In this document: piece by piece, positions 12,752 to 22,603 of the stretch
How the letters are laid out: each line of letters starts with the position of its first letter
How positions within the stretch are numbered: the stretch's first letter is position 1
DNA from: Macrostomum hystrix
Taxonomy: Eukaryota; Animalia; Platyhelminthes
Assembly: GCA_950097015.1 (NCBI GenBank)
Contig: CATNEN010000033.1
Location: 4,526,001-4,590,000, forward strand
Direction of reading: 5' to 3'
DNA length: 64,000 bases
The notes under the pieces: generated by a model
Told to the model about the DNA's origin: nothing
Databases searched by the model: none
The model's input: only the letters and a program-made list of their open reading frames with translations
Program-made: the position numbers and the translations under genes

Positions 12752-13545
12752 TTTAAAAAGGCATTGTTTCGTTTTCAGACGATCACATAGCACTTTGCAT
12801 TTTGTTTAACATGCGTACGCTCATCTATCAGTCACTGCATTATCGTTTTCGATTTCAGTTATTTTACCATAGACAATGTAACGCGAAGCCGCGTAGCTGC
12901 GTCAACGCAATTGCTGCCTAAAAAATCGGTCCAGCTCGTTATTGTACCCTTTTGTCTATGGTTATGGAACTGACTACACAATTATATAAAATATAAAATA
13001 ATAAGTTGCCGGTTTTCGAATTTTCTATCGTGTATGACATTTTTTAATGGTCCGACCGAGCGTAGCTTGGTTGGAGGTTAAACCGGGGGTTGGGGGGCTT
13101 GCGCATTGGTGCGGGGGTGCATTACGTTGCCTGGTCGCGGGGCCGCCTCCCCCCTTGGGGTCGGCCTTGCCCAGCCCTATTTAGTGTGGCGCGCTGTGCA
13201 CCGGCGACGTCTCTCCGAGAGGCTTATTGATTTTTTGCGTCAAGGTTTCTGCTTTTAATTCGCAATGAATAGTGTTTCTCTTTTAAATTGCCTTCGTCTC
13301 GCTCATTAAATAAAATTTGAGTTAGCACATTGATAATGCTCGATTCTTAAGGGCCAGGTTCGAACTTGCGCCCGCCGTGCCAACCGCCTGGCTTCGACTC
13401 ACTGGTTTAACAAGCAGTATAGATAATCTGGCAGTTATCTGAATTACCAAGTTGACAGTAAAGGACAGAAAGCATAACTTTTATCAGTTCTTTTTTCAGT
13501 TGAGCTTCAGCTCTCAGAATTATCAATAGAAAAAGGAGCTACACA

Positions 13546-14300
13546 ATGATTCACTACGAAAACATTCCTGGCGAAGAAATATGTGGACTTTCTACTGACG
13601 AGTTGGCTTTTGTCACTCGAGAATCGAGCATGCGCTGTGTTCTAGAAGTTGACAACTTGTACGCGTCGTCCAGTACCGAAGCGCTGCCGGAACTAGTGCA
13701 AATCTGTCAATGCTTGACCGGCTTGAGACTGAAGCTGTGCCGAAATCGACCGAGGTGCAACGTAGGCTTCACGTGGCAATGTTTCGCCAGTTCCTCAGCG
13801 AGAGAGGGCTCTGCCAGGAGTTTGAGCGTGCAGCGGATCGATTCCTCAACGATTATCTAAGGTTGCTCTATTCATCGCTTTGAAAGCTAAATGGATCACT
13901 AGGCACCAAAGTCACTCATCTGTTTTTCGTGCTGCCTATGGGTCAAAAGTCGCTATTTTCGACGCTGATGTGAAATCCACCATCGAAAGTGTGACCAAGT
14001 ATGCCAAGTAAGTGAAGCCGGCCAGGTGGACTTACCAAGGAGTCTGTGGTGGACATGTCGTTTAACTTTATCGGAAAGTAGTGCAAGACTGCTTATTGAT
14101 TCATTGTTACTATGAACAGATTTGTGACGGTGAAACATATTAATTACTCGTAATTGTTAATTCGTTCCAAATAAAGATGTTAAAAATCCGGCAACAATCT
14201 ACAACAATCTCGTATTTGATGCCTCTTTTCACAGCTTCGAAAACCATGGACAAAAGGGTACAATAGACTTGTCCTTACATGGACAACTTTGCGTACAGTT
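13546..14300 (+). mobile_element. Degenerate Crypton-like tyrosine-recombinase (DUF3504/KCTD1-N-like) relic
   Basis: A frame not in the ORF track (13683-13885) reads LDRLETEAVPKSTEVQRRLHVAMFRQFLSERGLCQEFERAADRFLNDYLRLLYSSL*KLNG. Further pieces read APKSLICF and NPATIYNNLVFDASFHSF..GQKG. These resemble KCTD1/ZMYM Crypton motifs from recall (AVKIFREYLSEK...LRSFYAEARSKSG.YSKSSL; TPFGLLNKVWF...RGRE). Stops and frameshifts are present. Confidence 0.5.
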
Positions 14301-14434
14301 ACTTGAAGGTGACAGTTGACCCACAGCCATCTGTGCAGCAAGCAGGCAATTCTGCTCACACAGCTGAATCATGAGCATACACGTGACTTTCGTGATTTCT
14401 GTCGTGACTTACTCATCATTAGGCAGTGTGCCTT

Positions 14435-14490
14435 CAGGGACCCTGGCGCGAGAGGCAGACGCGTTAGACCGCTCTGCTGCTCACCCCCTG
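14435..14490 (-). mobile_element. tRNA-derived SINE head fragment
   Basis: Minus strand GCAGAGCGGTCTAACGCGTCTGCCTCTCGCGCCAGGGTCCCTG matches the heads at ~6420 and ~16520. Confidence 0.55.
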
Positions 14491-15137
14491 GAAACTAATC
14501 TGACAATGCAAAGAAATCTTTGAAGGCAGAGAGGCAAACGAATGGAAACTGCTTTTGGGGAAAAAGAAAACACTTTTTCCTTTAATTAAAAGTGGATTTT
14601 TAATGCCAACGAGTCACAGATGAACTTGAATCCTTTGTTGACACCAAATTGTTAAACAAAGAAATTAAATTCAAAATCAGATTGAATTCAATAGGCTTAG
14701 TTGAAGCTACTCATTCGATAATCAAAGGCTGGTCAAAGGCAGATAATCCCATGGACGATCCGCAAGCAAGTCAATAAATAGTTTAAAAAACTGTGCCATT
14801 AGGGCAACTATTTTCGAGAGGACAAAGGATGATGATTGCTGAGCTTGTTTGCCGATCGCGCATTCGATCAGTGTCCTTCTGCCTCCAGCTTTGCAGCATT
14901 CTTGGCTGCAGTTGTACAGGTAGGACCTCCAGCTCAGAAGTTGAATTCAATTATTCTGAAAATCAAACTGCTTGGACTTTTACATGCACAGCAGACTCTC
15001 CAATTCACTACTATGACGCAATCGCGGCCTCGCAGCGGCTACTGGTAGGCCGATGGAGTAATTGCAGTCAGCCCACGACGGTCACAGCAGCCCGCAGCTG
15101 CTTGGAGTGCGCCGCTACTGCAGCCATTAGCGGAGTC

Positions 15138-15505
15138 CAATACAATACAATACAATAAATACAATGGCCACCGGCCACAAGTGGTCAGGAAAGGGGGGGA
15201 CATTGTCAAAAAGCACGCTTAGCTGCGCAGTCTCTGATGAAGGTAGCGCCATTGATCTGATCAGGCGCCCTGGCGTCTTCTGTCAGACAGTCGACGAACC
15301 TCCGGGTCCGCGCCTGCCCCCGCCGGAACGGGCCCTGCTGCGTGTACAGCAAGACCTCCTGCAGCGGCTCCGGGCAGTAGGACTCGGCGCGAATGACGTG
15401 GCCCGCCAGCTTCAGGCGGCGCTGTCGCAGGGTCACGCTGGGAGGGCTCAGCTTGGCCCGCTGGTAGAGAGCCTGGTTGGTGACGTGTTCGGCGTGACGG
15501 TGCAC
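15138..15505 (-). mobile_element. 5'-truncated LINE (RT C-terminus) with (TATTG)n tail
   Basis: LRQRRLKLAGHVIR...GPFRRGQARTRRFVDCLTED is a typical non-LTR ORF2 end. A (CAATA)n tract at 15138-15165 forms the 3' tail on the minus strand. Confidence 0.8.
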
Positions 15506-15830
15506 GCTGAAGGCACATATTGCCTATTGCATATGAACTAGCGGAGTCCGCAACAAGTACATTCGCTGTGGCAGTGGCTCCTCGATGACTGCCTGTTCTG
15601 TGAGCGACGTGCTGGACTGCGCACTCTGGTCGGAGCAGATTTATCGTAGGCGTTTAGATGACGGTGAGCATAGTGCTTGATGTGAAGGCTGAATGAGTTC
15701 TGACCGAGTTGTGACACATTGAGCGACTACAAGAAGGGCAAAGCAGTAGATTTGCACGCATACTATTTGTCCATGTACACTCGACCACCTAGAATGCCTC
15801 GATCTCCACCAACCTTAGGTCGCCATTAGA

Positions 15831-17147
15831 ATGGCTAATCTTCAGCCAAAGCGAACCTATGAAATCCTTCTTCATTTTGATAGTTGCTTCTGCGAAAACA
15901 AAAGCTTCACAAGACCTCATTTTCGTTGCGTCCTGATAAATTTTAGTCTTATTGACAATATTCCAGACACAGAGCACATTGGCGACACTGCAGGAACCAC
16001 CACGATGACCTACGGCTACGAGACTACAAACGAAGGCCGCCGCTTTTTCGTGTTCCAGCAACGCGGAAGCGGACTGCTCAGCTTTGCCAGAAACTGGACC
16101 GAGTACGAGACAGGCTTCGGCAATGGTGAAGAGTTTTGGAGCGGTGAGAGCGGGCGGATGTGCAGTTGCTAACTGATAATAATAACAATTACAGGAGGGC
16201 TGCGGGCAATGACACATCTTTCGGTGAAACTAGACCCGAAGCCAGCGAGGCAATTCTTCCCATTTCGCTGACTCCTGAGCACACACGCACACGAATACTG
16301 TACGCAGGCACACGCTCACACAAGGGTGTACATCTGCTCTGACTTTCTCATCGTCAGGCGCAGTGTACACTCTCACTGTGCCATGGAGGTTGGCCCTCAA
16401 GGGCGTTGATTGCACGACAAGCCCCGAAGCCTTCTCTCCGCGGCTGCGCCCCAAATGAATGTAGCCTAGTCGCGGAATCGAGCCTAGGGACCTTGGCGCG
16501 AGAGTTAAACGCGTAAGACTAAGTTCAGGTGCTCATGCAGTTTTGAACCAGGCTTTAGAAAATTTTCTTTTCAATGCGCAAGTCTGAAGGCCATCGCCAG
16601 CCGCACGCAGCCTGCTGGTGTTCGCAACCTGCGCATGGAGATGACCACCTTTGACGAGACCTTCCTGACTGCAGAATGGTCCGGTTTTGTCGTGGAAGAC
16701 TCGAGCGCGAACTACCGAATGACCTACTTAACTTACCTGCCGATGAGGTCCAACATTAGCGGCGATACACTGGTGAGCCACAAGGGCATGCAGTTCTCCA
16801 CAATGGACCAGGATCACGACATCACTTCTGGCAGCTGTTCAAATATGTGGGGCAACGGCGACTTCTGGTTCCAGCAGTGCCTCAGCTGCAACCCCAACGG
16901 GCGGTACGCGTTCAGCATGCAGTCTGGCAGCGCAGCGTTCATGTCCTGTCTATACGTGAAAAACTGGATGACTCTGCGAGCCATTCGGATGATGCCGATT
17001 GACCAAGTACCGACAGTTCCAAAAAACTCACAAACTGCAAGGAACATAGCCAGACAATGGGCAATGCACACAAAATATGGCAGTGCAATGTCTATAATTA
17101 ACACCTCTGAAACCCCCGCCATTCTGCTGGCTGCTGCACACCTCTGA
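15831..17147 (+). CDS. Fibrinogen-related domain (FReD) protein, possibly pseudogenising. Exons ~15967-16143 and 16552/16582-17147
   Basis: Motifs VFQQRGSG..FARNWTEYETGFGNGEEFWSG|, HKGMQFSTMDQDHD, C...GNGDFWFQQCLSCNPNG. Donor GTGAG at 16144. The expected acceptor reads GCAA instead of GCAG at 16578-16581. Confidence 0.75.
16192..16520 (-). mobile_element. tRNA-derived SINE copy in FReD intron
   Basis: Homologous to 6123-6425; B-box-like GGCTCGATTCC; (TTA)-type tail at ~16175-16190. Confidence 0.75.
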
Positions 17148-17675
17148 AACCCCTGCCATTCTGCTGGCTGCTGCACACCTCTGAAACCCCCGCCATTCTG
17201 CTGGCTGCTGCACACCTCTGAAACCCCTGCCATTCTGCTGGCTGCTGCACACCTCTGAAACCCCCGCCATTCTGCTGGCTGCTGCACACCTCTGAAACCC
17301 CCGCCATTCTGCTGGCTGCTGCACACCTCTGAAACCCCTGCTATTCTGCTGGCTGCTGCACACCTCTGAAACCCCTGCCATTCTGCTGGCTGCTGCACTC
17401 CTCTGAAACCCCCGCCATTCTGCTGGCTGCTGCACTCCTCTGAAACCCCTGCCATTCTGCCATTCTGCTGGCTGCTGCACACCTCTGAAACCCCTGCCAT
17501 TCTGCTGGCTGCTGCACTCCTCTGAAACCCCTGCTATTCTGCTGGCTGCTGCACACCTCTGAAACCCCTGCCATTCTGCTGGCTGCTGCACTCCTCTGAA
17601 ACCCCCGCCATTCTGCTGGCTGCTGCACTCCTCTGAAACCCCCGCCATTCTGCTGGCTGCCGCACACCTCTGAAA
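17100..17675. repeat. 37-bp minisatellite x~15 (ACACCTCTGAAACCCCCGCCATTCTGCTGGCTGCTGC)
   Basis: Unit starts at 17101 and 17138 (period 37). Confidence 0.97.
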
Positions 17676-17954
17676 CCGATCATATAGCATATAGCAATTT
17701 TATTGTTACTTCGATAAACCAAGCTAGAGGTTGAATCGCTAAAGTCATAATGGCGCGTCCTATTTCTATACACAAATTATTTACTAATTATTTACACCTG
17801 TCCCAATCGGGCCAGACGGCAGCCGACAGCACTGCCGCAGCTATTGCGCGGCGCATCTGAAGGCTGCGTACGGCTTGTTTAGTCCATGGACTGGGAGACG
17901 CCCCACCCGCCGAATTACCCTAATTAATGGCAATGCAGAGTCAATGTCAACTGA

Positions 17955-18069
17955 AGCAATGCAGAGTTAAGTGTATTGCTAAAGGACACAGATTGTAATA
18001 GTAGAGTGAGGAATTGAACCTCAGACCTTCACGGCGCGAGTCTGACGCTGCAACCACTAGACAGCAAGC
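17955..18069 (-). mobile_element. tRNA-like SINE head (Ala-CGC-like) with downstream core-like segment; not a functional tRNA
   Basis: Perfect T-arm TGAGG-TTCAATT-CCTCA, loop CTCGCGC and A-box-like TGTCTAGTGG. The anticodon stem is only 3/5 paired and there is no acceptor stem. It is followed by TGTGTCCTTTAGCAATACACTTAAC. Confidence 0.6.
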
Positions 18070-18599
18070 AACTCTCTTGTATTCAGAGGTCTCTTTAAAC
18101 ACCAAATAAAGCTATTTTTGTCAAATCAGTCACCACAACTTGGCTGAATAATTGATTTACTAATAAATTAAGAAACTTGTAATTTTGCTTTTTTCTAACA
18201 ATTCGTAATTCACTCAAACATTTTTATTGAAAGAAAAGTTGAATGTCAAACGCGGAAGCATGCTTGTAGATATTCTGAGCAAAATAAAAAATAACTACTT
18301 TTTTGGGTAGGCATCGAGCAGAACGAAAGAAAAATATGTGATACACTCGGATCGAAAATACATCTTGATAATACAAGCCTGATAAATACAGAAGCAGACA
18401 GTCCCGCAATGGTACTCTCACATCATTTTCGGTGATTTTCTGCTGATGTTTAGCGATTTAATATACAAACATCAACGGGGATTGACAATACCAAACAGGA
18501 CGCAATGCGTTTGTTTGCGGCAATTGTGCTGCAATAGCTGTTATTTTTATCAGTAGTAACGAAGAGAAGTGGTCCGCCCTACTTAGCTGATTGGCTGAA

Positions 18600-19085
18600 C
18601 GGGGAGGGGTGAGTTTAGGCGGCGGAGGAATGAGGTGGGTTTAGGCGGCGGATGAATGAGGTCGGTGTAGGCGGCGGAGGAATGAGGTCGGTGTAGGCGG
18701 CGGAGGAATGAGGTGGGTGTAGGTGACGGAGAAATGAGGTGGGTGTAGGCGAAGGAAGAATGAGGTGGGTGTAGGCGGCGGAGGAATGAGGTGGGTGTAG
18801 GCGGCAGAGGAATGAGGTGGGTGTAGGTGACGGAGAAATGAGGTGGGTGTAGGCGAAGGAAGAATGAGGTGGGTGTAGGCGGCGGAGGAATGAGGTGGGT
18901 GTAGGTGACGGAGAAATGAGGTGGGTGTAGGCGAATGAAGAATGAGGTGGGTGTAGGCGGCGGTCGTATAGGGTTAGAGCAGGTGGCGGATTTATGAGGT
19001 GGGTGTAGGCGAAGGAGGAATGAGGTGGGTGTAGGCGGCGGTCGTATAGGGTTAGAGTAGGTTGCGGATTTATGAGGTGTGAGTA
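18600..19085. repeat. ~26-bp G-rich minisatellite (GTAGGCGGCGGAGGAATGAGGTGGGT) with variants
   Basis: Directly visible. Confidence 0.95.
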
Positions 19086-19234
19086 GGTGCACAATGAGAC
19101 TCACTAAAACAGTGACATAACACATACGCTCTTACAATTTAAACCACCGGAATCAGAAAAAACAAAAAACGTAAAGTAGAGCAAACAAAGAAACAAACAC
19201 AAAGTCAGCATTTTTCCTTCCAGTCAAACAGGCA

Positions 19235-22200
19235 TCATTGGCAAGCATTCGCCATCGAAGCCTCATTCAGCACCATCAGGGTCTTGTCGATGATTCGCTT
19301 GCAGCCGGCACTAGAGAAGAAACGCTCTTCGATGGGGACGAACGGCAGCTCCTTAAGCACCCGATCGACGAGTCTCAGATGGCCCACGCAGCTCGTGTGG
19401 CTGGCCCGCAGGTAGTCTTCCAGGCAGCCAATCACGTGCTGCCGCTCCAGGGGCAGGAACGGAATGAAGCGCGACACCAGATGGTGCTGCAGCAGGGTGC
19501 TGGAGCGCAGGGCGCCTGTGGTGAATGGGATAAAAAACATGGGGATGAGCTCACAAAATTCACGGGAGATGACAAGGCGCGCAACTCACTACTGTTATCA
19601 GTGTAGACGTGCTCAGACAGGAGGTGGTCGAACTCGGCCACGGTGGAGACATTGGAGCGGTCCTGGCCGGATCGTTTCAGTTCCACCATGCGGCGCATGA
19701 TCAGCTCGCTGCCGCTGTTGCTATGGAAATTGATAAACAATTAAATTTGAATTTGAGCAACCGTTGGATAATACAAAAAATAATGGGGACATGCTTTCAC
19801 ACAGCTACCTGAGGAAAATGAAGATAGACCTGCGATAGTCGATTCCGTTAATGTGCTCATGGTAGTCCACGAAGGGCTTGAGCACGTCCAGGAGAGAGTG
19901 CGGCATCTTGTCGATCTCATCGAATACGAATACGGAGTCGCGACAGAGGGACACGTTGCCGCGAACCCATTCGTGGATCTGGTCCTGCCAATCAGCCAAT
20001 CAGGTTTGAGGATGACAGGTGTGCAGTGAGGCCACATTAATTTGGGGCGCAAACTCGAAGAGAAGGCTTTTGTGGCTTGTCGAAAACTTACGCCCTCCAC
20101 GGCCAACCTCTAAGGCACAGTGAGTGTGTGCCTTCGTACAGTATCCGTGAGCTAGTTGTGGCTTTATGGCCATGATATCCCTAAAATGAAATCACATTGC
20201 CCACAGCCCTAAATTATTATCATCATTTAAACTAAGACCTACGGCGTAAGTGTCAATCAGCCTGGCATGCGGAAAGTGCACGGTGGCGGAGAACAGGTGA
20301 TAGAACCGGCTGTGGGCTCCTCGCTTGAACAGGTGCTCGGCCAGGATACGGACGACATAGTTCTTGCCTGTGCCAGTGGGTCCATGGAGGGACATGACCA
20401 GGGCCTTGGCCGGGTGACGATTGTTCCAGTGGTCATTGATAGCTTCAGACAGGCGGCCAATGAGTGGCTGACCATACACTTTGCTGGCCAGGGTGTCCTT
20501 GAAGCCTGGGTGCGGGTTTTTTGGCCATAGATAGTACCAGTGCAAGCCCAGGGGAATAATTTAATGAAAGCACCAATAGTGCCTCTTAGAAGACTCTTAA
20601 TAGCAAATACATACTCTAGCTTGTAATAACATAAAAATCTGAAAAAAAATTAATTTTTCCTGTATACAGCAGAAATAAGTAGTAGCTGCCATTAAAAAAT
20701 TACAATGTTAATAAAGTAGACAACATATTTTAAATTTTATGCTAGACAGGCTTTAAAAGTTTGCAAAATCATTTATTGACAGCTACTTACATAAGATTCG
20801 ACTTAAAATGGCAATTTTGGATCCTTGCAATCAAACCAATTGCCTTAGTGGTGGAAGCATGGGAGAGGAGACCTACACAGAGAGATATGTGACAAATGCA
20901 CCCAAAGCTAAAAGCAGACTATAATCAAAACCAGCCACTATTTAAACATAACACCAGTGAAGCAATATGGAGAGGCTGACAGGTTTCACATCACAGGGAA
21001 GCTAACCTCCTTCAGGAGGTTCTAAAATTTCTAATTCATTTTGTCATGCCAGACAAAAAGCAATTAATAGCAGCAAGTATGTAAGTTTACTGATTTAATT
21101 GAAAAACTAGAAAGATTATAACTAAAATTAAAATAAGCTAACTTAAGTAAAATATAAGGACCCTATAAAGCTCTAAGTGTTTTATTAATAATACTTTTGG
21201 TTCCATTAAAAAAACAAGAATCACAATGGGATCAAAGTAGACTATGAGTACCATCAGATTACAATAGATAAAAACTAAAAATATAGAGGGTCCCAACTAC
21301 AACTATCCCAATTACATAGCTTTTGTTTTTTAATCTGTACCCTCTAACTAAGCCCAGGGGCCAGGGTGCAATAAACTTTAGGATGTACAATATGTCAAAT
21401 TCATGCATACAAGTTGTATTATATATAAATTATATCTTGAATTGAAATAACTTATACTTTACTAAGGATAAAATTAAGGTACCCACTGTATTTTTTATGT
21501 TTCTGGTCTTCTTGTTTGCTGCAATCTTACCTACTATTAACTTGTCTTCAAAATAAAATTCATACAAACTTGTCTACCATCAGGACAATTAAAACAAAGC
21601 CCTTTGCTCTGGCTTTTATTGCCTCACAAAATATATATTGAATTGATAAAATGCACATGCAATGCACAAGTTCACATTGATCTTGTACCTTCATGTCTGC
21701 ATCAATTTAGTCTGCCACATCTAAACAAAGGTGCATTTAAGTGACTAGATAGAGCATATTAAAATACTTTTAAGTCCAGTCACTCATTTTAAATGCTTGT
21801 TCTCACATCCATCAAATCAAATGCTACGTGCAAATTATATTATGCATTGTAGCTGCTCTTCTAGCTAACTCATGAATTTTTATTTAGCAAGTGGTCTTTC
21901 TCTCTCTCATGCATGGCAAAGGCATCACTGCATGCAGAACAAAAGTATGTACAAATCCATTCAAATTAGTAAAAAAGAAATATAAAATCTACTATGCTGA
22001 TCTTCCATCCACACATTGCATATACATTAGCATGATAATGCCAATTTCTTATCATTTCAGTTAAGACCAAGTTGGTTAACTTGTCTGCTCATGATTCATA
22101 AAATTCACTTGCCTAAAAAATAATTCAACTTGTTTGTTGGCAGACAAGGTGGCAGACAAAGAGACTGGAACCCCTATTAGAATTGTGTACACTTGTCAAT

Positions 22201-22603
22201 AAATGAAAATCCTAATGCAAAGAAATCTTTCTCCTAGTTAAAAAAATATTTTTGTGGCATATCGTAGCATTAAGCATGTTTAATCTTTCATACTAAATAG
22301 GCAAAACAACCAGGCCTAGCACCTAGTTGTTTGCAAAGCCAGCTTAGTTTGGTTTAATAACAAAAAATTAACAAAGTAGTAAAAACGTCTAGTCCTACCT
22401 GTATGGTTGAATGTTACCCATCGTTTGCCACAACACTCTGCAAAATAACAACTTAGTTGATCCTTGTAAACAAAACTGATTGACAAAGCAATAGCAGAAA
22501 AAGCAGCACTGGCAAGTGAAAGAGGATTAGCAGCTGCAGAATAATATTGATGTGATAATAGCAAGAAAAAAAGTGCCAGAGTACGACTTTTAAAACTGAT
22601 CAT
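19235..22603 (-). CDS. TOR1: Torsin-family ER-lumenal AAA+ ATPase. Exons 22603-22399, 20505-20243, 19984-19809, 19720-19590, 19515-19235
   Basis: Signal peptide/hydrophobic N-terminus, CC motif, KVYGQ, torsin-type Walker A GPTGTGKN, Walker B FVFDEIDKMP, sensor-1 IFLSN, RFIPFLPLERQHV and redox sensor-2 FSSAGCKR. All splice phases match. Confidence 0.95.
20027..20120 (+). mobile_element. Partial SINE body in torsin intron 2
   Basis: GAGGCCACATTAATTTGGGGCGC...GAGAAGGCTT...GGCTTGTCG...ACGCCCT...AAGGCACAGTGA matches the reverse complement of 6270-6365. Confidence 0.7.

Noticed and set aside
16814-17773. Minus-strand MAGVSEVCSSQQNG repeat ORFs
   Set aside because: 37-bp minisatellite translation.
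18000-18069. Functional tRNA-Ala gene
   Set aside because: No acceptor stem and a mispaired anticodon stem; the downstream sequence is SINE-like.
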